Part shown: positions 1-8,176 of the stretch, piece by piece
Layout of the letters: the number at the start of each line of letters is the position of its first letter
How positions within the stretch are numbered: the stretch's first letter is position 1
Source: an uncultured virus (IMG/VR IMGVR_UViG_3300020579_000010)
Taxonomy: Duplodnaviria > Heunggongvirae > Uroviricota > Caudoviricetes
DNA: 64,000 nt
Reading direction: 5' to 3' (one strand)
IMG/VR virus record: IMGVR_UViG_3300020579_000010
Notes under the pieces: model-generated
Databases searched by the model: none
What the model was told of the DNA's origin: nothing
What the model saw: only the letters and a program-made list of their open reading frames with translations
Program-made: the position numbers and the translations under genes

Positions 1-1832
1 CCAGTGACACTGTCTGAGTAGTATACTCGACCACCAAGTGATTCGACCTTTTGCATTTGAAGCCACAGGGCTTCACGGGCGAGTGCGGTGATGTGAGATC
101 CGATGTGCGGCAAGAAGTAATCAGCTTCGTTGTATTTTGGTCTGCGCCATAAGATGGGCTCGTCATCTTTGGCGTAAGCGAGTTCTTCGGGTGATACCGC
201 TTGGGCGCCCTCTGGTTCACTTCCGATAGGAGCACTGAAAAGCTCATCTCGTTCGGGGGACATCAAGAATTTTCCGTACAAAGAGTTCCCTACTAATTTG
301 CACGTTTCAGACATGGGCTTATTATTTTTTGCTTTGGCATCCGCTCGTTTTGCAAATATGTCCTCCATCATCGATCTAATCAACGGAGACGATAGATACC
401 AAACGCTTCGGTGAATAAGAACTATGTGCCCTCCAATTTCTTCTATGTGTTTTAGCTCGCACCAGTCCCAACGCCCATAAAAGGTTCCCACTGGGAAAAC
501 TAGTTTGTCATCGTAGATGACTGCCAGTGGAGGGATATTGACAGTTTCTGGAATATAGACGATGGCCTCTACAAATCCAATGAGTCCATCATCTGCATAC
601 CCTTTGCACTCTTCAAGTGTCTGTGGTCCTCGTCCAGGTCCGAAGGAGTACTGAAGCTTGAGTGGCATCGGCTCCGTCATTGCGGCGGCGTAGCTCGAGT
701 TGCGGTCGTAGTATCTGAGTTTTCCTTCCTTTTCTTGATGGTGAAACACTTCCGTATGTCCACCCTTGCGAGCGCCGGTTGGAGAGATCGAAAGCCATGC
801 GTGTAGGCACCCATAAGGTGCTGCGGGACAAGGAGGTCTTTCTTGCTGAGCGTTCGGGCAACTTTTGAAGCATTTTTCCTGGCGGCACATTCCACAGAGG
901 CATCGGCATCCGGGGAAGTGTCTTTCGCGAGGAATTCCTGGTTTCCCATGAAAAGGATTAGGCTTTCCGTCTATGACCTCGGCTTTGAGGAATCGTGTTA
1001 GGTACTCGCGTCTAAATAAGTCCATCGATGAAGATGGGAGTGTCATTTTGAGATGACCGCCCAATATGTCGAGTTGTTTTCGTAGTTCATCCACGAGCCC
1101 TACTACCGTTTTGCAGTCTACACTGTTGTATTCTTCCCACGCTTTTCTCTCTTTGGTAGGAGTAGAAAGACCGCCAAGAGATTCGTTCATTTTGATTTTA
1201 CGCGTGTCTAGTACCAGCTTCTTTCCAATCGAATCTAGCGAGCCCGGCATGAGTCTCATCGAGTCTCGGAATACCCACTTACGAAGTCTACGCCTTTTGG
1301 GTTGTTTTTCCTTGTCTGCTACAGGCGCGGAATCATCTTCGTCATCATCGAAAGGTCGATCTTCGTTTTCTACTTTGAAGTCACGTTCAGTGATTTCAAG
1401 CTCTAGCAGTTGAGAGCCTGAGGCAATGATACGAACATCGAAGTCTCTGGCGTACTCTGGTCTACGTAACAATCTGAGGAAATGAAGGGCATCGAACCCT
1501 CCGAGGTTGTGTCCGTAGATGACGACCTTTGGATGTTTTTTGCTACGCGCTCGATATTGAAGTTTTCGTCCTTCTGGCGACTCCGTTAGCCACCTGAAGA
1601 ACTCACGCACGCAGCCACCATCCTTGAATGCACGCTCTGGATCGTTTGGGTTGAGATGCAATTCATCGAAGAAGCTTTTGTATTGCCCATTTACGTAAAC
1701 GCCAACCATGAAGGGTCGTTCGAAGCCCATCTCTTCTGAGAGAGGTTTTTTGCTTTCGATGTCGGCAGCGGCTGCAACGGTTTCGCGGTCTGGTCCGGGT
1801 TCGAACGGACGAAGGAGGCGGCTTATTCTCAT
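1..1832 (-). CDS. polB: Family B DNA polymerase, protein-primed type (pPolB); 3' part beyond the left edge, probable intein from nt 11
   Basis: Absent from the ORF track (no stop in window). Manual translation from ATG 1832: ExoI ADIES, ExoII YGHNLGGFD, FRDSMRLMPGSL, ExoIII YNSVD, KGGHTEVF, motif A YDRNSSY, motif B KLVGNSLYGKF, HITALAR, motif C YYSD then SVTG. ATGA overlap with upstream gene. Confidence 0.92.
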   Translation of the reverse strand, partial: MRISRLLRPFEPGPDRETVAAAADIESKKPLSEEMGFERPFMVGVYVNGQYKSFFDELHLNPNDPERAFKDGGCVREFFRWLTESPEGRKLQYRARSKKHPKVVIYGHNLGGFDALHFLRLLRRPEYARDFDVRIIASGSQLLELEITERDFKVENEDRPFDDDEDDSAPVADKEKQPKRRRLRKWVFRDSMRLMPGSLDSIGKKLVLDTRKIKMNESLGGLSTPTKERKAWEEYNSVDCKTVVGLVDELRKQLDILGGHLKMTLPSSSMDLFRREYLTRFLKAEVIDGKPNPFHGKPGIPRERHFPGCRCLCGMCRQEKCFKSCPNAQQERPPCPAAPYGCLHAWLSISPTGARKGGHTEVFHHQEKEGKLRYYDRNSSYAAAMTEPMPLKLQYSFGPGRGPQTLEECKGYADDGLIGFVEAIVYIPETVNIPPLAVIYDDKLVFPVGTFYGRWDWCELKHIEEIGGHIVLIHRSVWYLSSPLIRSMMEDIFAKRADAKAKNNKPMSETCKLVGNSLYGKFLMSPERDELFSAPIGSEPEGAQAVSPEELAYAKDDEPILWRRPKYNEADYFLPHIGSHITALAREALWLQMQKVESLGGRVYYSDSVT

Positions 1833-2866
1833 GTTTTTGCCCGCGCCATTCTCACGTGCGTACCCACAATAGCGATGGGTGCATTTCCTGGAAGCATGCC
1901 GCGAATGTTGTTGATGGCTTTTGCAATAGCTTCGGGGAGCTTGTCTTCCGAATTCACAGATTCTGTACTGAAATAGAACATGGTAAGAGGCGTTTTGCTT
2001 TTTACAGGTTTTTGGCTGTAGTCCCCGTCAGGTGGGTATTGAGTGACAGCTGCGATTACAGTGTAAAAGCGATTTGGGTTTCTGACGGTACGGTTTTCAT
2101 CAGGGATCACGGAAGCTTTTATGGATGCTTCTGCAAGGTCTTCGTCTTTTTGAATTACTATTGGCTCAGTGATGTGCTTGTCGAATCGAACCTCTTCTCG
2201 AATCGCTTTCCAGGCTTCATCATTGAGTGCATTGTCGAGGTCCCGCAGCATCCTTTCAGGAGTCGGTATTTTTCTTCGTTCTTCTTCCGCTGCTGCTCGG
2301 GCTCGCTCGTCTTGTTCGAGTTCTTTGGCATGTTCGCGTTCCTGCTTTCGAATGCGTGCCTTGCCCAGCGGAGAGAGCTTTTTGAAATATTTCTGCTGAA
2401 CGTCTTCGCTGAGATCGCTCCACGAGCTCAGGATGAAGAGGTCTTGTTCGGTGAGTTTCTTTTTTGGCTTAGTCTTTGGTTCCGACGGTGTTTTTGCTGC
2501 GAGGACTTTGCGTGCGTTGGCGCTCAGCTCTTTGAGGTACTTTTTTCGAGTACTCGGCTGGAGGTGGTTACGCTCAAGTGACTTGAGGATGAAACTGTCT
2601 TTGGCTGACAGTTTTTTGGCAGAGGCTTTTGACTGCGCCTGTTGAGGTTTGGCCTTGGCCCTGGCCTTCGTCTTGGCCTTCGGCTTCGGCGGCTCGTAGT
2701 ACTTCTTGGTCTTGCGCTTGAGGAGGGTCTTGACCGCATCGGGCACGCCGCGCTCGAGCCATCGACGTACGGCGCTCGCGGAGACTTTCAGTGCGCGCGC
2801 TGCCGCGGCTTTGCTACCTTGCTCACGGGCAAGGCGTTGAAGGCGAGCGCGGTTCGAGACGCTCAA
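1829..2866 (-). CDS. Basic protein with N-terminal Cro-like HTH; candidate terminal/replication protein
   Basis: SKAAAARALKVSASAVRRWLERG HTH pattern; Lys-rich; translationally coupled to pPolB. Confidence 0.6.
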   Translation of the reverse strand: MSVSNRARLQRLAREQGSKAAAARALKVSASAVRRWLERGVPDAVKTLLKRKTKKYYEPPKPKAKTKARAKAKPQQAQSKASAKKLSAKDSFILKSLERNHLQPSTRKKYLKELSANARKVLAAKTPSEPKTKPKKKLTEQDLFILSSWSDLSEDVQQKYFKKLSPLGKARIRKQEREHAKELEQDERARAAAEEERRKIPTPERMLRDLDNALNDEAWKAIREEVRFDKHITEPIVIQKDEDLAEASIKASVIPDENRTVRNPNRFYTVIAAVTQYPPDGDYSQKPVKSKTPLTMFYFSTESVNSEDKLPEAIAKAINNIRGMLPGNAPIAIVGTHVRMARAKT

Positions 2867-2870
2867 GAGG

Positions 2871-3089
2871 TCACAGCTTAGCGATTACAGTTTGGCTTCT
2901 GAGACACTTGCAAACGCCAACCGGAAAGCCGCGTTCATTGAGATCATCGATGTCTTCTTTGGTTGGACTGTCGATGCGTTTTACAGAACTGCCGCGCTTC
3001 GCTGTTCGAAGCATCTGGCATGTATCCGAATGTAATCGCGCAGCAAGGTGGTTTGGTCCCGTCGTCTTGAAGAGCAGCACAGTTGTCAT
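2871..3089 (-). CDS. Small hypothetical protein (His/Cys)
   Basis: ATG 3089 overlaps the stop of 3086..3358 (ATGA). Confidence 0.55.
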   Translation of the reverse strand: MTTVLLFKTTGPNHLAARLHSDTCQMLRTAKRGSSVKRIDSPTKEDIDDLNERGFPVGVCKCLRSQTVIAKL

Positions 3090-3358
3090 GGCTGCGTGCG
3101 TTCGCGGCAGTACGTGTTGGCTTGGTGGATGACGTACTCGTTGAGCGCGCTCGTGATCGCCGCGTGCAGCGTCTTTCCGGTGCCGAAGTAGATGTGTTTG
3201 AACCTGGACTGGTGGTAGCCGAGGCGAACGGAGTACGTTTCGTCTTCGCCTTGCCACGCGAGGCTCAGGACCCGGAGCCTGCTTTGGGCGAGACGCTTAT
3301 CGACCTCGCCGAACGTCGTGTCCCCAGTGATGGTGGCACTGAAGCCTATGCCGACCAT
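3086..3358 (-). CDS. Hypothetical protein
   Basis: ORF tightly packed in the minus-strand operon. Confidence 0.6.
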   Translation of the reverse strand: MVGIGFSATITGDTTFGEVDKRLAQSRLRVLSLAWQGEDETYSVRLGYHQSRFKHIYFGTGKTLHAAITSALNEYVIHQANTYCRERTQP

Positions 3359-3360
3359 CG

Positions 3361-3987
3361 CTAGACCTCCTTCGCCACGGCGCCCCAGATGGCGGCGAGC
3401 TGGTTGGCCTTGTCGGGCGGGAACTTCGTCGCCTCGTTCTTCTCGCGCACAAGCTCGAGCGCCTCGCCGATCGTCTTCTCGACGATGCGATTGGCGGTGG
3501 GAGCGTTCACGATTTCGCCCGCGACGAGCTCGCGCGTCTTATAATAGACCGTTTTCAAGTAGTACGGGACACCGTGTCTCTTCGTGACGACAACGGCGCG
3601 TTTCGTCACTGGGATTGGCTTCCCGGAGCGCATGAGGCCGATGAGCTTTCGAACCTCCTCACAAGTGGAATGGTCGATGCAGCGGCACATCGGCGGCATC
3701 GAGACGAGCACGTTTTTGCGCCCGCAGCTCGAACACTTACCTGTGGAGGAGGCTTTTATGCCGTTGCTCGGCGGAGCTTTCGAATTCGGCCGCGGTTCGA
3801 CGGGCACGTATGGGATCGGCGTCGAGTTGCCGTGGATGCCGTTCTTGTGAATGCCGTTGACCTTGAGCTTGCCGTTTGCTCTGCCTTTGGGTTTGGCTCT
3901 GACCTCGCTCTTGGCTTCGGAATCGAAGGAGACGAGAGGTGTTGACGCCAAAGAGGAAGACTGTATATTGCACGGGTCGAGCGGCAT
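3361..3987 (-). CDS. Hypothetical protein with CxxC...CxC..H..C Zn-like motif
   Basis: 208 aa; AGGAGAG RBS upstream on minus strand. Confidence 0.65.
   Translation of the reverse strand: MPLDPCNIQSSSLASTPLVSFDSEAKSEVRAKPKGRANGKLKVNGIHKNGIHGNSTPIPYVPVEPRPNSKAPPSNGIKASSTGKCSSCGRKNVLVSMPPMCRCIDHSTCEEVRKLIGLMRSGKPIPVTKRAVVVTKRHGVPYYLKTVYYKTRELVAGEIVNAPTANRIVEKTIGEALELVREKNEATKFPPDKANQLAAIWGAVAKEV
3942..3969 (+). promoter_or_regulatory. sigma70-like promoter TTGACG-N16-TATATT
   Basis: -35 at 3942-3947, -10 at 3964-3969. Confidence 0.5.
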
Positions 3988-3999
3988 GAACGCTCTCCT

Positions 4000-4038
4000 G
4001 GCCCACTGTGCTCGTCGCGGAGCCAGTGGGCCTTTTTT
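4000..4038 (+). terminator. Intrinsic terminator
   Basis: GGCCCACTG...CAGTGGGCC stem followed by TTTTTT. Confidence 0.7.
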
Positions 4039-4237
4039 CTGTGGGTATTGTCAGTCCGCGTTCGCGTATCGGACGCGTGAAAGGCGAGTAACCTGTATGC
4101 CACAGCCGATCGAAAATGGGCAAGTCCTCTGCGTCAGGTTCTGCTCTTTGACGATTCGTCCCGACGGCCGAAAAGGTCTGCCAAATTTTCACGGACTTGA
4201 AGAAGTACTTCAAGGTTATTTGTATTCTACAACTTAG

Positions 4238-4590
4238 TGGAAGCGCTGGGAATCGAACCCAGGTCCAGCAAGTTTCGTATCCCATCATCTACGTACATAT
4301 TCGGTGATTGGCTCCACCGACAGAAGGGGCTGAATCGGTTTCCCGATTTTCACCGTCCACCAGCGAGGTTTTGCGAGACTCGCGCTCGTAATGGGTAATG
4401 GTGACTCTGTTGGGTTCACACCAATGACGATACCGAGTCGTCTACGTCATTGATGGCGAAGCGGTTCTTAGGCCGCGTTCGCGATTGCGTTGTCGTTCGC
4501 AATTGGGCTTGCTCGATTGGTCAGACCGGATCGAGCGCCGCTCATACGCAGATGGGATCTTCCTCTCACTGTCGAAACCATTTCGCTCCC
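4238..4590 (-). ncRNA. ssrA: tmRNA, tag peptide ANDNAIANAA* (4500-4468)
   Basis: 5' GGGAGCGAAATGGTTTCGAC; 3' GGACCTGGGTTCGATTCCCAGCGCTTCCA; acceptor stem with G3-U70; internal tag ORF. Confidence 0.95.
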
Positions 4591-4619
4591 GTTAGTATCG
4601 AAGACTCCTTGTCCAAAAC

Positions 4620-5246
4620 TTAGCGCAAAGTGACGTCCTCGCCAAGATCGTCGGCATCGGGTGCTTCGGGCGGAGGCGGCGGCTTCGGTTTTGCTTCGCG
4701 GCCGAAGACGGCCTTGTGTCGTGATTGGTTTCTACGGAGCGGTCCTTGCCAGCGCTCCCAGCGATGGAACATGCCGCAGAGGATGCAGGCGTCGCGAAAT
4801 CCCTTCGACGAGACGTAGACGACGTTTTCGCCGAGCGGCTTGGACCAGTCGCAGACGATGTAGCTGCTGCTCCCGTGGAGCATCACCTGGAAGTTGCCGA
4901 GCCTGAGGGGTTTGCCGTGCACATCGGTCGGAAGGAGAATGAGTTTTGAGTAGAAAGTCGCGCCTTTGTAGCGCGGGGCCTTCTCGATGACTTGGCCCTT
5001 GTCGTCCTTCCATTTCCGGAAAGACCTCTTCGCAAACCCCACATCCTTGCGAAGCCCTGGAAGAATCGCTTGAGGCTCGACCTCTTGGTCTTCGAAGTCG
5101 TAGACGACTGGGCGTCCCGAGTAGTTGGGATCGGCTTCGTAGAGCGCGAGCTGCTTAGCGCTCCCGACATCGACCCAGTCGCGTCGACGATTGCATGGCT
5201 CGTCGCAGCCATTGAGACTACTATCAGTTGTTTGGGCGGCGCTCAT
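4620..5246 (-). CDS. Hypothetical protein; its 5' coding region carries a CRISPR repeat copy
   Basis: 208 aa, ATGA-coupled to 5243..5563. Confidence 0.65.
   Translation of the reverse strand: MSAAQTTDSSLNGCDEPCNRRRDWVDVGSAKQLALYEADPNYSGRPVVYDFEDQEVEPQAILPGLRKDVGFAKRSFRKWKDDKGQVIEKAPRYKGATFYSKLILLPTDVHGKPLRLGNFQVMLHGSSSYIVCDWSKPLGENVVYVSSKGFRDACILCGMFHRWERWQGPLRRNQSRHKAVFGREAKPKPPPPPEAPDADDLGEDVTLR
5183..5218 (+). repeat. Solitary CRISPR repeat (35/36 identical to array consensus)
   Basis: GTCGACGATTGCATGGCTCGTCGCAGCCATTGAGAC. Confidence 0.95.
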
Positions 5247-5563
5247 GGTTTGCGTTCTTTTATGATGTATTCAGGACGGTCCGGTCCTTGGCTAATCCAA
5301 GTTGGCATTTCAAGTTCGCACGGTACGCCGAAGATATAAATGCGGTAGTTTCCGATATGCGTTCCTTCCATTCTGAGACATCCAGGTATCTTCATAAGCA
5401 TGGGAACTTCTTGGAAGTCGACGATGAATAATTTAGGACCTTTATGGTCGCGTAGGCGTTGGATGAAGTGCTGGAAGTATTTCCTGTCCCAGTCTTCTAA
5501 GTCTTCTAAGTCTTGAATCGGCGACCGTGCAAGGTAGCTATCGATCTCTTCTTCAGCGCTCAC
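5243..5563 (-). CDS. Hypothetical protein
   Basis: 106 aa, operon packing. Confidence 0.6.
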   Translation of the reverse strand: MSAEEEIDSYLARSPIQDLEDLEDWDRKYFQHFIQRLRDHKGPKLFIVDFQEVPMLMKIPGCLRMEGTHIGNYRIYIFGVPCELEMPTWISQGPDRPEYIIKERKP

Positions 5564-5564
5564 G

Positions 5565-6101
5565 TCAAACCGCTCTCAGCCTGCGGAGCGCTCGAGCGAA
5601 GCTCTCGTTGCAAAGCGCGCCTTCGCGTCTGCGTTGGATGTGGTCTACAACTTCACGCCCGGGCTTCTTCGTGAGCTTCATCGTCGCGAGCGCGACGACG
5701 AGCCCGCTGCGGTTGAAACCCGCAAAACACGTGCATAGTACATGTTTTCCGGCTCGTACGCGGCGCTCGACCTTTCCACTGACAAAGGCTGCTTCCTTGA
5801 GATGGGGCATCGTGAGCTCGCAGTCGTCACTCAGAAAACGAATGACCTCGATGGAACGCGGAAGGATGGGCTGGAACTCTTGCGCGCAGAGTACGACGAC
5901 GTCGAAGCCGTGCATGTCGGCCGTGTGAACGGTGCTCGCAGCGCCTTGCCAGAGCGATCCTTGCTGAGTAGGAGGTTTTCCGCTGATGATGCGATCGGCG
6001 TCGAACGTCGCACGCGGAGGGTTCGGAACTGGGCGAGCTCTTCTGGGCGAGTAGTACACGGACTCCAGGTCGGGTGACGGAGAAGAAAATGAAGAGGTCA
6101 T
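5565..6101 (-). CDS. Dual-specificity/tyrosine protein phosphatase
   Basis: CX5R loop VLCTCFAGFNRSG; start chosen at ATGA overlap 6101. Confidence 0.85.
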   Translation of the reverse strand: MTSSFSSPSPDLESVYYSPRRARPVPNPPRATFDADRIISGKPPTQQGSLWQGAASTVHTADMHGFDVVVLCAQEFQPILPRSIEVIRFLSDDCELTMPHLKEAAFVSGKVERRVRAGKHVLCTCFAGFNRSGLVVALATMKLTKKPGREVVDHIQRRREGALCNESFARALRRLRAV

Positions 6102-6301
6102 CGCGTTGTTCGGTGAGTGGCACGGCGGAATAGCCACGCGGGTCTCTTCCTGTAGAACGCGGCGGCGCGGCGAGCGGTGGAGTAGGCGATAGCGAGGATT
6201 TGCTTCGCGCTTCGCTTTCTTCGCCTCGTGCGATTTTCGTGATGAAGGGTGCGAACGTTCTTTTCGAACGCGGCTTGGGTGCAGCGATGAATGAGCGGCA
6301 T
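6098..6301 (-). CDS. Small basic protein
   Basis: 67 aa, coupled to the phosphatase gene. Confidence 0.55.
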   Translation of the reverse strand: MPLIHRCTQAAFEKNVRTLHHENRTRRRKRSAKQILAIAYSTARRAAAFYRKRPAWLFRRATHRTTR

Positions 6302-6317
6302 GCCTCTTTCTCTCTTC

Positions 6318-6524
6318 TTATCGATGCTGGCTGCTCGAGGAAGCGCCGCTGGTGCCCATGGAGCAACTCGAGGCGCCCTGACTCATGAGGAAGGCCAAGA
6401 GCCCAGCCGCAAAACAGATGCGAGCGACGTCGGTGAAGGTCGCTCTAGAGAAGGAGGTGAGAGACAGATAGACGACGAGGCCGAGGATGCAGACGATGAG
6501 CGTGAGAAGTCCGACGACAGCCAT
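6318..6524 (-). CDS. Small two-TM membrane protein
   Basis: Two hydrophobic stretches. Confidence 0.6.
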   Translation of the reverse strand: MAVVGLLTLIVCILGLVVYLSLTSFSRATFTDVARICFAAGLLAFLMSQGASSCSMGTSGASSSSQHR

Positions 6525-6571
6525 GGGAACCTACTTTCGTTCCTCATGATACGCCTTTGACGGAAAACGGT

Positions 6572-7285
6572 CTACGATGCCGTCCGCGGCTCGCTGCCGC
6601 TGTTCGTTTTCGCAGGCTCTTCGGGCGATTGTTGCTGTTCTTGCACAGGCTGACGTGGTGCGATGGCAGCGGCTCGCGGCATGGGTACGATACGATGAGG
6701 GGCCGCAGGAGCCTGAGCTTGAGTTACGGGTGGAGAAGCCGCGTAGTGCTGGGGCTCAGGCTCTGGCGCGTTTTGCTGCTGTTGCTGCTGTTGCTGTTGC
6801 TGTTGCGGCTGTGGCTGTGGCTGCGGCTGCGAGCCTGTGAGCGGTTCGAGCAGGCTCGGATCAGGCGGCATGCCCGCAACCCAGCGCTGAGCGATGCCTT
6901 GCAGAACGAACTCGGTTTGGACGATGTCTTCGAGGTACTGTTTGTTGATCTCGAGCGCTTGACCAACGACAGCGTACCACTTGCCGAGCATGTCGACGTC
7001 GGCGGCAGCGCGCGCCCTTTGCTCGGGGGTCATCTGCGGATCTTGCATCGCGTGGTGAGCGGCGTTGGCGAGGTTGCCACATTCATTTTGAAGCCTCTGG
7101 AGCACGCGTCTTCGACCACGAATCTCTTCGCCGTAACGAAGGATGCGACCTTCGCTTTGGTCTTTGAGCTCTGCGAGGCTCGCGATGGGAGCAAAGATCT
7201 GAGGACGACGGTGCGGTGGACCGCCAAATGGCGGCTGCTGCGGGTTACCGTAGGGAGGCTGTTGCGGGGGCGGGGGCGATTGCAT
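6572..7285 (-). CDS. Gln/Pro-rich protein with helical core
   Basis: 237 aa, QP and polyQ tracts. Confidence 0.7.
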   Translation of the reverse strand: MQSPPPPQQPPYGNPQQPPFGGPPHRRPQIFAPIASLAELKDQSEGRILRYGEEIRGRRRVLQRLQNECGNLANAAHHAMQDPQMTPEQRARAAADVDMLGKWYAVVGQALEINKQYLEDIVQTEFVLQGIAQRWVAGMPPDPSLLEPLTGSQPQPQPQPQQQQQQQQQQQNAPEPEPQHYAASPPVTQAQAPAAPHRIVPMPRAAAIAPRQPVQEQQQSPEEPAKTNSGSEPRTAS

Positions 7286-7308
7286 GGAATTGGACCTCTT
7301 TGAAAGCG

Positions 7309-8118
7309 TTATCCTGTTTCACTGATGGGCGGTGTAGATGTCAAGACCTCTTTTGGACGTTGAGCATCGAGTAGCTCTTTCATTTTCGAGACAGGAGCAC
7401 CGAGCAACCACATGAAGCAGGATGAGCATTGCCACTTCTCTCTGAAATCGATGAGCGCTGCAATTTCCCATTCATCGAACTGAGTTCCTGCATGTAACCA
7501 TGGGTCGAGTGGACGTCTAGTAACTTGGGTGACGACATTGGCGCTTTCATGTCGCGCCTGGAAGTGGGTTCTCTTGCAGCCTTCGCATGGGGGTTCTTGC
7601 TTGGCTGCTTCGGTTTGTTTGTTTTCCCATTCCAGATGCGCTTGTCTCGCTTTGTAAGCTTGAAGTGTAGGTTGATGTCTTTTGAATAGCCGATAGATCC
7701 GTTCGGTTTCATCGGCGGAGGTCGAAATACCTTGTAAGACAGCGAGAACGGGAGTGTGCAATGGGTCAGCGGCAAAGAAATCGTAGAGCTGTTTATGAAT
7801 TCCCTGCGCTGCTTTTTCGACTTCGGGTTTCAATTTTTTGATGAGGGATTCTACTTCTGATTTCTTGATTCGAAATCCACGAGCTGGCCATTGCGCTCTA
7901 GTCGCTGAGATGCGCTTTCCGACAATGGCTCGCCTGACCGATTCTAAACAAGTCAGACCTTTGATATTGTGCAACTTGAATTGGGCGGTAGCTTCTTCGA
8001 TCGTAAGCAGTCCTTCATCGATGTCTTTTTGGGTTTGTTCCTCTAAAGTGAGTCGCTCTCGCGGCTTCGGTTTAGTTTTGGAACGCAGTTTTAGGCTGGC
8101 GTTCATCATCTTCGTCAA
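7309..8118 (-). CDS. Protein with excisionase/MerR-like HTH and CxxC pairs
   Basis: LLTIEEA...VRRAI...FRIKKSEV pattern; visibly lower GC. Confidence 0.55.
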   Translation of the reverse strand: MTKMMNASLKLRSKTKPKPRERLTLEEQTQKDIDEGLLTIEEATAQFKLHNIKGLTCLESVRRAIVGKRISATRAQWPARGFRIKKSEVESLIKKLKPEVEKAAQGIHKQLYDFFAADPLHTPVLAVLQGISTSADETERIYRLFKRHQPTLQAYKARQAHLEWENKQTEAAKQEPPCEGCKRTHFQARHESANVVTQVTRRPLDPWLHAGTQFDEWEIAALIDFREKWQCSSCFMWLLGAPVSKMKELLDAQRPKEVLTSTPPISETG

Positions 8119-8176
8119 TACTACTGCTTCACAGGACGGCTAGGCAAGGCTTGCGTCACGTAGTAAATGTAGGGCT

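Noticed and set aside
613..1413. ORF-track calls 613-909, 677-949 and 1066-1413
   Set aside because: Alternative frames of the continuous polB reading frame.
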